A DNA stretch of 25,995 nucleotides from a virus (taxonomy: Duplodnaviria; Caudoviricetes): the IMG/VR virus record IMGVR_UViG_3300026511_000024, positions 1 to 25,995 of that record; one strand, 5' to 3'. The notes beneath the pieces were generated by a model, which did no database searches, was not told the DNA's origin, and saw only the letters and a program-made list of their open reading frames with translations. This document shows, piece by piece, positions 25,794 through 25,995 of this stretch (its first letter is position 1; each line of letters starts with the position of its first letter). The position numbers and the translations under genes were made by a program.

Positions 25794-25995
25794 TAGTATG
25801 TACCTCCATCAATCGTTCCAACTGTGAAAGTGCCACTCACTGTTAGGTTTGCCATAGTAGTTGTACCAGTAAAGGTAGGTGCAGCAGAGTCACTTTTAGT
25901 GGCTACAGCTACCTGAATAGCGTCAAATTCAGCCCCTACTTCAGAGCCTTTAATTACCTTGGCAGGGTTACCGCTAACCAAAGCGTCCTTGGCTG
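25793..25995 (-). CDS. Small tail/virion protein, 5' end beyond the window
   Basis: ...AKDALVSGNPAKVIKGSEVGAEFDAIQVAVATK...IDGGTY; frame open to the edge; TAATG overlap with the next gene. Confidence 0.6.
   Translation of the reverse strand, partial: AKDALVSGNPAKVIKGSEVGAEFDAIQVAVATKSDSAAPTFTGTTTMANLTVSGTFTVGTIDGGTY

Overview
About 26 kb of a tailed dsDNA bacteriophage, probably a short-tailed (P22/T7-like virion) phage of an aquatic gammaproteobacterium. A minus-strand late block (10.8 kb down to 1) encodes TerS, a T4-type lysozyme, TerL, portal, scaffold, major capsid, two tail-fibre-type proteins and a tail chaperone. A second minus-strand block (26 kb down to 21.5 kb) encodes a tail protein and three probable ejection proteins, and is likely the wrapped end of the same late operon. 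A plus-strand early/middle block (11.4-21.5 kb) has lambdoid replication and recombination genes: an initiator with internal iterons, a DnaB/T7 gp4-type helicase, ERF, a YqaJ exonuclease, a small SSB, and NinB- and NinG-like proteins. The most striking feature is the divergent control region at 11.0-11.35 kb. It contains a ladder of short repeats, clustered TGTTAC/GTAACA boxes, a near-consensus LexA SOS box, an IHF-like site and a sigma54 (-24/-12) promoter, in the order and spacing expected of a host-activated enhancer-dependent promoter. The phage also carries an XRE-HTH/sigma70-region-4 fusion behind a structured leader and a SutA-like peptide. All family assignments are from motif recognition by eye; no searches were run.
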